Below, piece by piece: positions 1 to 12,970 of a stretch of DNA of 64,000 nt. Positions within the stretch are counted from its first letter, which is position 1. Every line of letters starts with the position of its first letter. The translations under genes and the position numbers were made by a program. The DNA comes from Psammoneis japonica. Taxonomy: Eukaryota. The stretch is taken from contig QPGO01000197.1 in NCBI GenBank assembly GCA_008632985.1, positions 1 through 64,000 on the forward strand. The letters are read 5' to 3'. The notes beneath the pieces were generated by a model that saw only the letters and a program-made list of their open reading frames with translations, had not been told where the DNA came from and ran no database searches.

Positions 1-283
1 AAAGAAGAACACAAGAAAGCTTCAAAGAAACAAGACGCAGAACATTACTTGGAGAAACGCATTGCCAAGGCCGAACCTGAAAAAAGCCATACCAGCGACT
101 CGTCACTCATTCCTCCTTGGGAGTTGGACTTGGATTGAACGACTGATGTGTGCTTGTGAAGAGGGAAATACCGACAGCCGACAGAGCGATAGTAGGTGCA
201 ACGCCTACGACACTTTCTATCCTTTCGGGCATGAATATCTCATTATCATACCTTACCACTAAAATAAAACAGCACATCGATCC

Positions 284-1431
284 CTAGGGCACGCGAGTCA
301 TGGGTTGTCGGCAAAGGGGGCATCGTCGATCCGATGACGATGATTCAAGTATTCTTGTGTAGCACTCCAAATGAATCCTGTGACCACACTGAAGGTGAGC
401 GTTTCTCTGTCTTGGAAAGAGCGGTTCCAGGCAAATGCAACATTTCTCCGGAGTAGATGAGATGCTGTCATTGTGAAAAATCGATGAAATCTTAGTCGTT
501 GGTGCAGAAAAGACCAGACTGTCAGTCTCCAGATCTGTGTAAGTCAAGAAGACTTGTAGTCTCCTACTAGAAAAAGAAAACTCCTGAAAACTGTATTCTG
601 ACGCCTTACAAACAAGAGGACGCGAGACGACTTCGTACTGCTCAGCTCGCAACAAGCTATTAGCGGCATCGGAAATGGTCACTTGCAGATTCATCTCAAT
701 GTATATATCTTTCAGAAGCATTCCAGTTTTGCACATTTCATTCAATATCTTGTTTATTCCGTGAGTGTTCAATCGACCAGACACGAGCAAGACTTTTTTG
801 GATTGCGTGCCGCCTTCTTCCGTCGTCGTTTTGAGGCTCCCTTCGAAAGAGTAGTTCGTTGCCCTTAAAACGAAGGCCACATTGTCAACATATACTTGAT
901 ACCTTGCTGCATAACTGGTAATAAGTGACCTGGAATCCACCGGGTCATTGGTTTCCTGGAGTTGCAAAAAGTATGCAGAGTCGTTATTGTTGGCTGTGGG
1001 CACCAAGGAAGATGTGCGTTTGCCCATGTTTCCGCGCTAAGCAAGATGACGAAGTGATCTGTGTTCAAGAGCTTCTCGGCTTCTTCAATAGAGAGTCCCG
1101 TATATATCCAGGAACAAGGTTTTGATGTTGGGGCGATGATCGTCCCCGAAAGAAGTTTTCTGGTTATGGTTTGGCACGTTTGTTTTGGCCGTTCAATCCG
1201 ATCTGAACTTGTCCAATTGAATGTGCACTTTCGCTTGGGTTGGAGTCTACACCTCACTTGGAGGCTGGATGAAAGCAATGGTGCCACGGACAAGACGAAC
1301 GTTGTCGATGACAGAAAACAAAAAATATGACTATGGCATTTGAGATGCAAGATTTGATGTTTGATCGAGATTTTGTGTGAACAAAAAAATGGGAGTGTTT
1401 TGTGCTTGCTGACGTGAAAGTCGGGATCCAT
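284..1431 (-). CDS. RING-H2 zinc-finger protein (putative E3 ligase)
   Basis: ORF 284-1027 ends in CCIC-x13-CGHRIHLEC-x12-CPLC. The upstream frame (865-1440 ORF, MDPDF at 1431) probably joins through a 1-nt frameshift near 1030, so the true start is uncertain. Confidence 0.75.
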
Positions 1432-1560
1432 GATGATCAAGTCGACTCTATGTACTCCCTCTCAACCGAAAGAGAGTTCTCGCTTGCCAGCCCATGAGAG
1501 CCTTTCTACTAGCTTTCCGGAACAATTGTCCAGTGAGTCCCTTCATAAGTTGATTGGCTG

Positions 1561-3360
1561 GTTGCTCAGCTGTGCCAATGGGTTGGGTGCTCTGAACTGC
1601 ATCCCAGGGGTGAACAAGCAACTTGGGCGGCTGGGTGCTCAAAAGCCTGGTGTGCAGGTCCATTGTGCAGCTTCCATGTGTGGGTTCTGGCCTCATTTTC
1701 CAGACGCACTGCCCAGATTGTAACTTGGGTTCACTGCCCTCAACTTGGGAAAGTGATGCTTGCTTGCTCAACCATCTGTGCAGGTTTGTGTTGAACTCAA
1801 CCATCTGTGCAGGTTTGTGTTGAACGCCCCAACTGTGCTCTCCGCGCGCAAAAGCCGCTCCGATGCAGCTGGCGCCTTTTGCAGGTGTGGACTCTGGCCC
1901 CAGATCCATGATCTTTTTTTCATTTCAAGTGCCTTGCCACCTCATCAATCCAAGGACAGATCATCAGTTTGTGGCCAATCACTTCCAAGAGAGGAGCTTT
2001 TGCAATTTTCACAAAAAAGGAAACTGGTGTGTGCAACAGGCCAAACTTTTTGTCCGTTCAGCACAAGACAACAAAGAGTGCACAGACAATGGGTGTCATC
2101 ATGTGTGTTGTTTGGCTCAGTGGCTGTGGACATGTCTGCAGCAAGCCAAACGTGTGCGCAACAAGCAGCTTTGGCAAAAAGCAGTGGTTTGCCAAACACA
2201 CGACAAAACAGCTGTGCTGAACCCAACAACTGGCACTTTGAGGTTGACAAGTGCACAGTTCACACAAAGGTCTAACAGCCCTGACAGGGGCTGGGCTCAC
2301 TCCACTGTGTGTCCAGGGGTGCTCAGAGGTGCCAAAAAAAGAAGCTGGCAAAGTGCAGGAAAACAGATGAGTCGGCAGCTGTTTGAGAAAAAACACCACC
2401 AAGAAACCAAAAGTCCACCCTTGATCTGTTGCATTTTCAAAAATGTTGAAAAGTGCAAAATGAGCAGCTGCCTGTGTTTCTGCAAACCACCACTTGATCT
2501 TTTTGATGTTTTCATTGTTCTCCATGCATTTTCATCTTGCACTTGCGTCACCTTTCACATGCATCTGCTTGCTGGCAGCTCCCAGTGTGCATTCTTGATG
2601 GTCGGTGTGTTCCCACAGAACTCTTTCGACCAAATTTCATTGCATCATTTGCTGGCATCTTTGCTCAGTCTTTTTTGCACATCTGCTTCCCCAGCTGTTG
2701 CTGGCACACAGCTCCTCCCTCTGGCTTGCATTTTCCCCCTTGTTTCCCAGCACTGTGTGCTCCCCCAGGAATGAGCCCTTTGCACTGGTCATCTTTTGAC
2801 TCTTCTTTGGTTTTCCATGCACGTGCACCCACTTTCTCTGGCTGTTCTCCCAGAAGACCAAAAGACCAAATGCCTTGTCACTCGCCAGTGCTGGCTTGCT
2901 CAAGCAGAGTCTTGATTCAAGCCGACAAGCTTTTGTGCAGTCTTCATCCCAACAAAAACTGGCAGCAGTGAGTGGCAGTTGCTGTGGCAGCCTTCACGTC
3001 ATCCCTCCCTTGAGCATTTCCTCCAATGATGGCATGTTGTCATTGTTTTCTGTTTGTTGGTGCATCTCTTGCCATGACCCACCCAACCCAAGTGCACGAG
3101 AGACTGGCCAGAGCTCTTTTCCAGCAGAGCATCTGTGGCAGTTTCTGTCATCAAAGACACTTGCAGAAGAACTTTTTCTTCTGTTCTCCACAAGCACCAT
3201 TCCTTTTTCTCCATCTGAGGTGTTGACAATCTGTGATGTCCAGTGTCATCTCTGCATGGCTTGGTTTTTTGTCCAACCCAAACACAAAAAAGTCCTTCCT
3301 GCTGCATCTGCCATCTCGAGATCCTCTCACTCCAGTGCTCGTGACATCACCACAGTGGCC
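1561..3360. mobile_element. Heavily decayed repeat/TE-derived block, TpA- and CpG-depleted
   Basis: Only 2 TpA found by eye in 1800 bp (1721, 2273). Many spurious Cys/His-rich ORFs. 29-bp tandem duplication at about 1768-1825. Family not recognisable. Confidence 0.55.
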
Positions 3361-3635
3361 AGCATTTAGGGATGCTTTCCCAGAATGCCTCCACAGTCTA
3401 TTGGCATCCTGTCAAAGTCTCCTCAAGTGTCGCTCATACGTTTGATTAACGGGAGCGCTGTCTTAAGCTTTCTTGTGTGTTTTCCTTGTAAACCGGCGTG
3501 TGGCACATGCGCAGCAATGACAAACTACAATGCATTGTCAGTTTTCGATGATCGCACAGCATTCTTTACTTACAAGTAACAGCATCAAAACTAAAAATAA
3601 AAAATGTGCTCTACACTCGTGCAGCGACGGGGCAA

Positions 3636-4721
3636 CTAATAGAGAAAAAGAAGACAAACCATGGAGACACCCGCCACTGCGGAAGCGACCAAGCCATCAC
3701 CCTGCAACGAACGAGCAGCCACCGATGGGTTTTCAGTATTTGTAGGCATGGCACTAGAACTCTCAGATAGAGTAGGCGGCGGAGTTGTCATGGAGGACGG
3801 TTCTGGGGTACCCTCAGACCCAGTAGGCGGTGGAGTTACCATGGAGGACGGTTCTGGGGAACTTGTTGTAACCTTAGAAGGAGCTAATGAAGGCATAGCG
3901 GAAGCGATAATTCTTGAAGGCATAGCAGAAGCAATTATGCTCGAAGGCATGGCGGAGGGCAATTCAGAAGGCGTGGGCACAACAACAGGAGATGGACTCG
4001 TTGACGGAACACTGGAAGCTGGAGTTGGTGACGTCGGTGGCGTCGTGACGGAGCCAAACTCGCACCTGCCAACTTCAAGTTGTAGGCTATCATCAGCATT
4101 TGGAAGAAAGGGTCTATATATCCCCGTACCACCTGTTCCAAGGCACTGGTCAAAGCTTCCAGGAGGATTCACATTCTCACAATTCACCGACAGTTGATTA
4201 TCTGCATCGCAGGGTTGGCAGCTGTTGCACTCGTTTCCGTTAACCTCTGCCGTGCACTGGTCAAGAACTACTCCAACTCCAACCTCTCCATACTGAAAAT
4301 CAATGCAGATCTGATCATTATCAAATCCAACCGTGTATTGGATGCACACTGTTTCGATGGGTGTAAATTCCTCGAGGTTGGATTCGACGCCTGAAATAGA
4401 ATTGATAACGCAAATGCCAAGATCCGCAACGCACGACTCGCATGATGCAGCACAGCTGTATTCAATTCGTGCCAGAGTTCCCGTGCATTCGCAGTTAACA
4501 CCAACGTCTAAGGGTGAATTAAATGAACTCTCAAAACCATCACAAACTTCCTGGACGGTCTGAAGTGAACGGTGATAGTGATCCATGGAGCGCACGAGAC
4601 GAGGAGCCCTCTTGGTCAAAAAAGAAGCAAGGCGCAAGCCGTGGTTTTCTCTGTGACTCCTGGCTCCAGCACAAAGGTTGACGCTGCACAAGCAAACAGC
4701 CGCAGCAAGACGGAACATCAT
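3636..4721 (-). CDS. Secreted Cys-rich protein with Pro/Ser/Thr stalk and probable GPI-anchor signal
   Basis: 361-aa ORF with N-terminal signal peptide, Cys-rich domain, PST repeats (PEPSSMxTPPPT, IIASAMPS) and hydrophobic C-terminus. Confidence 0.85.
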   Translation of the reverse strand: MMFRLAAAVCLCSVNLCAGARSHRENHGLRLASFLTKRAPRLVRSMDHYHRSLQTVQEVCDGFESSFNSPLDVGVNCECTGTLARIEYSCAASCESCVADLGICVINSISGVESNLEEFTPIETVCIQYTVGFDNDQICIDFQYGEVGVGVVLDQCTAEVNGNECNSCQPCDADNQLSVNCENVNPPGSFDQCLGTGGTGIYRPFLPNADDSLQLEVGRCEFGSVTTPPTSPTPASSVPSTSPSPVVVPTPSELPSAMPSSIIASAMPSRIIASAMPSLAPSKVTTSSPEPSSMVTPPPTGSEGTPEPSSMTTPPPTLSESSSAMPTNTENPSVAARSLQGDGLVASAVAGVSMVCLLFLY

Positions 4722-7281
4722 AGCAGGACGGACTCCTCGACAGTGTCGTGCGCTGCTCTTCCTACACTGTATGGGTGAATACCATAATATGAAACATCAT
4801 CTTCATCCTGTGCCGAATAGATCCGCGGAAGTGTTTAGTCGTATTGTCGATTTCAGCAAAAGTTGAAAATCGCGCGCTTACATGTCGAACATAGCCCAGC
4901 GTGTCGAAAAGTCAAGGAGTTCTGTTGGTGGTGACCGATCATTCGATGGCTTCTTCGTTTGCTTCTGCGCGCGATTTTTCAACGGAGGCTGAGGCACGTT
5001 CCCACCCCGATAATTTCGGCCGTGAAATAAATATAATTTCGTTCTACACAAAATTCCTGTAGAAACTCTCGTACAAGAAAAATCGCACGTCTGTTTTCCA
5101 TCCGCCAATTTACAGCCGTAATTATCAGCAAATTACGACGACAGGTGTCGGTCGTCGTAAATTCTCTCCCGCAAATATAATTTTCACGGTGAATTCGGCG
5201 TTTTGGGAGCTCGAACGTGCCACGTCACACAAGCCGCCCATTTTTTTTTTCTTTCTCCGCTCCGATCGCACTGGTGGAACCATGATGGCTGCTGCCATGA
5301 ACGGACCCGTTCACACACGAACAACCGTCCTGTCTACGAAGGCAAGAATGCAGAGACAGGTCAATGAGACTGCGCTCGATGCAATCAAGCTGTCACAATT
5401 TTGATTTTCATTGTTGTCATGGCTTGTGACGACCGTGTCGACCAATGGCATTTTTGATGTCTTCGTTTCTCTTGTTCAGATTTTGCACTGGGATTCTTCA
5501 CAAACCACATGTCTGCAGACTTGAGGCCGAATCCTCGCAGCAACACATTGCGATCTGATGTCACACTGAGGTGGCTCTTTGGTGCATGTGCTCAAGGTCA
5601 CTTGGTTGACGGTCAAGAGTCAAGAGTGCAACATTTTGGTCACTTCAACAACAACAAGAAGGCTTGTTGTGATGGAGTGTGACTGTGAAGAAGGCTGTGT
5701 GCACTTGTTTCATCAATCTTGTCGGAAGTTGGGACAATGGCGCCGGTGGGGGTCAATGTTTTGCACAACATCGTCGGCATTGTGCCTCACAGTGCCTTGC
5801 CCTGCTGTCTGGAGGCCTTCTCTGCAACTTGCCATTTGTCACTTTGCTCTTTGAAATGGATCCAGGCCAATGGCAAACTGCAAGAGTTGACAATGGTGCC
5901 TTTTAGCACCTCACATTCTGCAGAAATTACATTTGGCAGTTTTGCATGCTGCAGTCTCACTGCACGCCATTGTTTCGCACGTCCCCCTGATCTCTCTGCA
6001 ACTCTTGCCAGTGGATTGAATGTTGGATGCATTTCTTCTGACCTTCACTGGTGTCATCCTGAGTCTTGGGTTGCCGCAGAGCAGTCGCAAAATGGACAAC
6101 GATTGTCGCTGACAATGTCGTGGTGTCTCTCTGGCTGGCAGCTCTGGCTGCTGGTGGAGAGTGCTGCAGCAGTGCAAACAGTGCTGTGGCGTGCAGCGTC
6201 CTCACCGAGCTCGACATGAGATTTTGATCTTTTTGCCGATCAAATTCGTTCCCAGCCTGATGCCCACAAACGCGCAAATTTGGCCAAATTGTGTTTGTTT
6301 TACGGCCGAAATCATCAGGGTGGGAATGTGCCTGAAGCCAACAATGTGTGATCGCGGATCCATGGAGATCGTGGATCGTTTGGAGCACAGAAGAAATGTG
6401 TGTCGAATGTTGTGCTCCTGACTGCACTCATTGAGAGATCATGTTGCTTGTGCACCAAGATGAGTGTGCCCCTCAGGCATTGGCCAGCCACCACCTTTTG
6501 AGCTTCTCCCCGAAGCTCTTGCTGGGCTGGTGGCTTGATGCCAGTTTTTTTGTGCTTTGCTTTTTCAGCCCCAGCTGTGCTCTGCCAATCTGAGCTGTGC
6601 CTCCTGCATGCTCTTGGCAGCCTCAAGTGCAACACTTGGCTGCTTTTTGAGCACTGCCTCAATGGAGACATGGCTCAATGACAAACTGTGGGCACACCAT
6701 GCGCGACACTGCTGCACTGCTCCTGCAGTCATTTGAGCTTTGTGTGGCCATGTCCAGCCAGCACAGCACATGGCAGCTGCTGAAATTTGCTTGTGGGTGG
6801 TTGGCTGGTTGCGTGCAGGAGAAAATCACCTGATTTTGGCAAACCAAGAGTGCACATGTCCGGGTTCATTCGGTTGCTTTTGACTGCCACGCATGTTGAG
6901 TGTCATCACCATGTGTGTGAAAAGCTGGGCATTTTTGTGGCACATGACATCACAACTTGAACTTGCATCCAATGCACAACGCACAAAATGAAACAAAAAA
7001 AACAAAAAACTGCATTTCCCACTGTGAGGCTTGTTTGTTTGTGTGTTGATGGCAACATCAAAGTGAGAGCATTGTCACACAACAGCCAGACAGTGCTTGA
7101 TTTGATGGCTGTGTCAAATTTGTTGTTGACCCTTGCTGTCATGGGATGTTTGGATGTGCAAACAAACAGAGTGCTTGCTGACTTTTCTGTTGTTCTTGTG
7201 ACCACAGTGTGCACAATTCTGTGAGCACTTGGCTCATTTCCAATTTGCAGATGGCCTGGCATGCATCCAGTGAAAGCGTCT

Positions 7282-7536
7282 GGCCTGTTCCAGCTCCAGG
7301 TGATCCGCTTTTCATCACTCGAAAGGCCGATTTTCTGCGAAGTTTAGCGCAATTAACTCCTTCAATTTTGATCGTTTCGAAAATTGAAAGGTGAGTGCAC
7401 ACCCAAAAACACATGCAAAGTGTGCACTTGCCCTTTGGCAAAAAACGGATTTGGAAAAAGCCAATTGTGCCAAATGCACAAATTGCCAAATGATGGGAAT
7501 CGAACCCGCGCGGAGCACCTGGAGCTGGAACAGGCC
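7282..7536. mobile_element. MITE (family B), 255 bp, 21-bp TIR, 4-bp TSD
   Basis: Perfect TIR GGCCTGTTCCAGCTCCAGGTG...CACCTGGAGCTGGAACAGGCC, flanked by GTCT on both sides (7278-7281 and 7537-7540). A second copy is at 8624. Confidence 0.9.
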
Positions 7537-8623
7537 GTCTGCACTGTTGGCATTGTGGTCTTTTTCTTGTGACGGGCACAGAAAATGACATTTTGGTTTC
7601 CAAGTGAGGCAACAGTTTTGTTGACAACACACCGTCTGTGACTTTTGGCGATGAGCGATGGCACGTCCCAGTTCGCACATGTCTGAGATGGCAACAACAT
7701 CAGATCATCTGTCAAGTCCACAGCGCCAATGCTCATCACTTTAAAAGCCTCGTGCTTGTTGCTTTTTCAACCAACACCTCAGCTGAACTTTTTGTTCCTC
7801 TGCTGACTGCATGATGCAGCAAATGCAATGTGCTTTGTGCTTTTTGTCATGGGACAGCACGGGAACCAAACTGTGCAATGGACAGGAGCTCTGAACCATT
7901 GGCAACCAGATCTGTGATCAGCTTGTTGTGCTCATTCCAAATCCATGATCAAATGGTTTGGAGCAGCTGTCCTTCCTTGCACCTGCATGTCATCCATGCT
8001 GGAGCCAAATTTCCAACCTTTGGACACTCCAACCGGCCAACACCGCCCTTGCCCCAGCAGCTGTCTTTGTGCCTTGGCAGCACAGGACGAGACAGCTGCC
8101 CAAACACATGCCATGTCCCTCCATCTGGTTGTGCACAAATCCAAGACACGTGCTGGCATGACAAAATTTCCATTGTTGTGGCTGGCCAGTTTTGTCTCAT
8201 TTTGTCAATTGCTTGGTGCAAGCCCTGCACACCAGCGCAAAGACAGCCAATCTTGCACACTAAATTGTGGCACACTGTTGCACGTTGACTCACAAGTTAA
8301 CTTGTAAAACACAATCTTGTCAACTGCCACACGTGTTGCTGCCACCACATTGCTCATGCCAAGCATCTCCATCTCACTCCATTTGCAAAACACATGAACA
8401 ATGGTGCCTTCCTTTGCTGTGGCAAGTGAGATTGCCCCCCCCCCCCCCACGTGTGACAAACATTTCCTTCCAATGACTGCTCTTCAACATCACCTCAGAA
8501 CTTGTTTGCCCTGCAAACTCTCCTTTTCTGGCAGCATTTGTGCCATTTCAGTCAACGGGTCAAAGGACGACAATGGCAAACTGCTGCCAATGGGAGAATC
8601 CAAAGAGCTGGGCAGTGCCGCTT

Positions 8624-8882
8624 GGCCTCTTCCAGCTCCAGGTGATCTGCTTTTCATCACTCAAGAGGCCCATTTTCTGCGCAATTTAGTGTGCCAAAGT
8701 CCTTCATTTTTGATCATTTCAAAAATCGAAAGGTGAGTGCACACCCGAAAATGCGTGCAAAGTGCACATTTGCCCTTCAATTTGGCAAAAAACGGATTTT
8801 GAAAAAGTCAATTGCACTGAACCTGAAAATGGCAAATGACAGGAGTCGAGCCCATGCAGAGTGCCTGGAGCTGGAACAGGCT
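8624..8882. mobile_element. MITE (family B), second copy
   Basis: Colinear with 7282-7536. Ends GGCCTCTTCCAGCTCCAGG / CCTGGAGCTGGAACAGGCT. Flanks GCTT / GCTC (one mismatch). Confidence 0.85.
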
Positions 8883-9751
8883 GCTCCCTCTTCCATTGCT
8901 TCGCCTCCCCCCCCATTGAGTTTGTTGCAACGGGGTGTCACTCCAACACAGGGTCCACTCCACAAGTTCAATCGCAACACAATCCCTGGCTGTTGAGATC
9001 CACTCGTGCAGCGGCCCCAGAGAGAGCCACGATTTCATGGCGACACCGCCGTTGTGCCAGCTGCAGAGATGGTGTTTCTCAGAATGCCAGCAGCACCCTG
9101 ACAACGAAGATTTTGTTTCCGACTCATTTGATGATGATGCATCTCCTTTCATCAACCAGGGTGCTGCTGCCATTGTGAAGCCAGGTTGTTTTGCCACACC
9201 GGATCAAGCTGAGCACCTTTCCGCTGACAAAGATTTTGTCGAAGCACACAACAGCGAGACCACTTGTCTGTTGGTGGTTGTCGCGTGTCCCTTTCAAATT
9301 CAAAATTTGCACATGAAACTAAAAGCATTTTGTTGAAAGCACTGGTTTCAAAAACTTTCTTGTTGAAACTGTCCTCAAACTTTGGCATTTGCCAGTGTGA
9401 CTGAAATGAATGGCTCGCAATCGCCATTAGTCTACGACGTGCCGTGCGTCATTTATTCAACAACATGTTGTGCGGCAGGCTGTTCGTCGCGCCAATCAAC
9501 ATCATGTAAATGATCCGTTGCGATGTGTCCGTGTGTGAAGCTTGGGCAATGGGATGAACGTCATTCATTAACATTTTGATCACAGCATGCGTTAAAAGCG
9601 TTATTTCCGACATTTCAGTTTCAACGACTGACTCGACTCGCACTCCCTGCATGCACCTTTTTCACTTTTCCCCGTGCATGCGTGTTTCCCCACTTTTTCT
9701 TAGAATGCACATCGCAATTTCTGAACTCATAAAATAACAACGAAAAGAACA

Positions 9752-10567
9752 ATGATGAAGACAAGCAACGACAAGAACAGCACAGCCCCTGCGGCTGCTG
9801 CTGGGGCCACCACCACTTCTCCTCCCTCCTGGTCGCCTTTCTTGCAGGCGTTGACAGGTGTCCAGACCAAGCCATTGGGTGCACCAGGGGAGATTGAAGC
9901 CGCGAAGAAACTGCTGTACCAGGTCTATCACGTCGAATATGGGTGGGATCCTAATCCATCCAATCCTTCTGGATTGCACATGGCCAAAGATTCCCAGATG
10001 TGTGAAGACACCATTGACGCCGACTGGTTTGGCGTCTTTCAGAAAGGCCAACTCGTGGCCGTGGCCCGTGTCGTCGCAGGTCCCCAACTCGAATTCATGC
10101 GCTACCTGGACGATTCAGCCCAAAAGGTCTTGTGGGAATGCGTCCAAGACCGCATCTCGACTTGGGGCAGCACATTTTCCACCAGCAATGCAGTCACCGC
10201 CTCCTCCGCCGCAGCCCATCATCGCCAGCCACCGGCTGTCTGCGAGTTGAATCGCCTCGCTGTGCTCCCTCATGTTCGTGGATCCATGCTGATCTCTCTC
10301 TATATGGGTTTCGCCACGGCTTACTTTGCGCAACAGTGTGGAGCCACCATTAGTGTAGGGACGGCGTCACCAAAACTAGCCCGGGTATACGAACAACGGT
10401 ACGGCGCTGAACGGTTGGGGTTGTCCATGAAATACGATCCCTTTGATGACTGCGCGGCTGAATTTGTCTTGTACCGTCTTGACTTTTCCCCGGCGGTCCT
10501 CGTTCTACGTACTTGTTTCTTTTACTTTTCCTGGAAGCTCAAGACGTTGCTCTTTGGCAAAAGTTAA
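9752..10567 (+). CDS. GNAT-fold acyltransferase, FeeM/N-acyl amino acid synthase-like
   Basis: Intronless 271-aa ORF with EAAKKLLYQVY, WFGVFQKGQLVAVARVV and VCELNRLAVLPHVRG, the pattern of FeeM/LuxI-like GNATs. Confidence 0.65.
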   Translation: MMKTSNDKNSTAPAAAAGATTTSPPSWSPFLQALTGVQTKPLGAPGEIEAAKKLLYQVYHVEYGWDPNPSNPSGLHMAKDSQMCEDTIDADWFGVFQKGQLVAVARVVAGPQLEFMRYLDDSAQKVLWECVQDRISTWGSTFSTSNAVTASSAAAHHRQPPAVCELNRLAVLPHVRGSMLISLYMGFATAYFAQQCGATISVGTASPKLARVYEQRYGAERLGLSMKYDPFDDCAAEFVLYRLDFSPAVLVLRTCFFYFSWKLKTLLFGKS

Positions 10568-11406
10568 GTCTGTTGAAGAAGTCTTCTAATGTATGCATGC
10601 ATTTTCGTGAAAGCATCTTGGGGAGGATAGTCTTCTTTTTCGGGACTTTCATTGGCTACTACTATTATTCCGTTTTCTTGGTGGTGGGGCACCCAACTCC
10701 CATCCATCCATAGCTTTCGTGCACACATAATACACTCACAGGCATGCACACGTCGAAATGGTGGGCGAGATTTAGATCCAGCAGTGGCATTGTTAGTTCT
10801 AGAGAGTAAATGGGTTAAGATGTGTTTTGTTACATTTCTTCTCTACACTCTCTTTATACCAGAATTATTGACACGACACACACACGGGGCTACATTTGCA
10901 CTACTGTGTTTTTTTTTCTTCATCACTGAGGAGTGACATTTCTTCCACATGGGAGACGCATCGAACGAGTTTCTTCAAAAGGTCGTGAATGGCAAAGGAG
11001 CCTAAACCACCGAGTTTATGTGACTTTCGGACGGCACCTTCGTCACGAGTGCGACGGCTTCTAAGTTAGAAGCAACTGTTTTGCTGTTGTGATTCTGTAT
11101 CACTTTCAAGTACACTTTAGAAATGGTTTCGGGCACGGCGAAATGAAAAAAAAAGCATGACTGCATCTACTAGTGCTTATAACGGCAACGTACTCTACTC
11201 AAACCGAGACACACCAATGTGACTACTCCAGCGATGGAATGTGACCTTTTGTTGAGGAGCCACGTGCATCCCTTATCAATAATACAAGACACTTCACAAA
11301 CGCAAAAGAAAGCCCACGCAAATTGACTATATTCACAAGCAGCACTCTGATTGGATTCCCAGGAAGCAACACGTCGAGACAATGCATATAGCTCAAACCA
11401 CACTCT

Positions 11407-11853
11407 CTACTTCTTGTTCTGCAACAAGGACTTTTCCTTTTTTAATCGCAACGCAATGTCTCGGAGTGATTTTTGCTTCTTTTCCTGTTGGTACTTCTTT
11501 TTATCAAAGGTGGGCTCGCGGTTTCGTCTTGTCGAAACACTGTTGGTGCTGCAGCTTGCGCGACTGTTTCCAATTCCTCGAATATTGCTTTTTCGTTTTT
11601 TACTTGTTGACGACGACTTGTTGCTTGTAACCACTCGCTGCCGCGTTAAATCACGTGAGGATATGGCTCGGTCCAACTCTAGCATCCTTTCGACTTGAAC
11701 TTGAACTGGATCCAGTGGTACGATTGCATCGTTCTCGGCGTCAGCGCGTTTTCGCTTTTTCTTTGCTTTTCTTGATTGAGACAATGATTCATTACGAAAA
11801 CTGTCCGCTTCAATTGTTTCCTGTAAAAGCTTCTTGACAAGTTTCTTGGACAT
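11407..11853 (-). CDS. Small basic Lys/Arg-rich protein, probably nuclear (weakly AROS/RPS19BP1-like N-terminus)
   Basis: ORF 11407-11880 with likely start MSKKLVKKLL. NLS-like basic stretches. Normal dinucleotide composition. Confidence 0.6.
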   Translation of the reverse strand: MSKKLVKKLLQETIEADSFRNESLSQSRKAKKKRKRADAENDAIVPLDPVQVQVERMLELDRAISSRDLTRQRVVTSNKSSSTSKKRKSNIRGIGNSRASCSTNSVSTRRNREPTFDKKKYQQEKKQKSLRDIALRLKKEKSLLQNKK

Positions 11854-12970
11854 TATTATGATTCTTCTTCTCCCACTCAACTACGATTTAAAAGCGTCTG
11901 TTGTTGTTGTTGTTACTCTAGAGAGTAGATGTGGCAGTGTGGCATTGTGGATTGATGTGGCTTGTGGCTGTTGTTTTTTGTCCGGTGTGCACGCGCAGGT
12001 GGTGTGTAGAGTGTCGTGGGCGTACAACGGACAGACCGGAGTTTGTTTCAGTCTTCATGCATTCATCTACCGGTGCGTACGATGTCTTTCCTCGTTGCCA
12101 CAAATCTCTGCATCTTTCTTGTTGAAGTGTGGTGGCAAGGCTTCAACTGCAGTTTGCCTTTTGCCTGGTGCACTTCTTTTCCACATGCTGGATTGCCTTC
12201 AAGTTGATGATGTCATCTTTTGAGTTGGCAACACAGCCTGAAAGTCCTGCTCCTGTTTTGAGCTGCCGGGCTCCAGCATCATCTCTCTTTTTGCCTCAGC
12301 TCATGCCAACCCTCCAATTCATTGTCGTTGCATGCCAGTTCCTAATTGTCATTGCATTTGCTGACTGGTTTGCAATGGTCTGACTGCACAGGACAGCTGC
12401 AGTTTGCTGGCTTGTGGCCACAAGCTGGCCTTGATGAACCAGCCCAGAGAAGCGCCAATTTTCGAGTGCCTTTTTTCTCCCACATTCTGCCATGTCACCA
12501 GCCAGTGGTGTCCACAACAGTGCATCATGAAAGTGGCGCACAGCAGGTGGGTGTGGCCAGAGAGGTGTGTTCTCTTGCACATCGTGATTGTGTTGTTTGG
12601 TTGTGAGTGAGTTCTTGGAAGCGGGGGACGTGCAGACAACTTGCAATGTGTTTTGTTCAGAAATGGAGGAAAAAAGTTGAAATGTGAGGGCCCTCTAGCT
12701 GGCAGCTGCTTTGCTTCCTTTTGACTTTCTTGCACTCTTGCTTGATTGGCTCTTGCTGCTTTTCATTGTCGAGCTCTTTTTTTGGAAGCTTTTGTGCTGG
12801 ATGTTGTCGAAGCTGCGCGACGACCAGTCAATGCATCAACAGGCCATTAGGAAATCTTGGAGAAGGGAAGGGGATTGCCCATGTTCTGGAGATGTCCGTG
12901 CTCCTGCACCCCTGCACACAGAGCAGAGTGAAAGAGGACCATGATGAATGTTGGCAGGAGGATCGTCTTG

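Larger units (their letters stand above)
5340..9420. mobile_element. Decayed nested repeat/TE block, TpA-depleted
   Basis: About a dozen TpA in 4 kb. Contains two copies of a TIR element. No intact ORF. Confidence 0.55.

Noticed and set aside
1561..3360. Explaining the depleted blocks by ordinary CpG methylation decay or fungal-type RIP alone
   Set aside because: Those processes remove CG or CA and tend to create TA. Here TA itself is lost, and in the LINE it is lost while CG remains.
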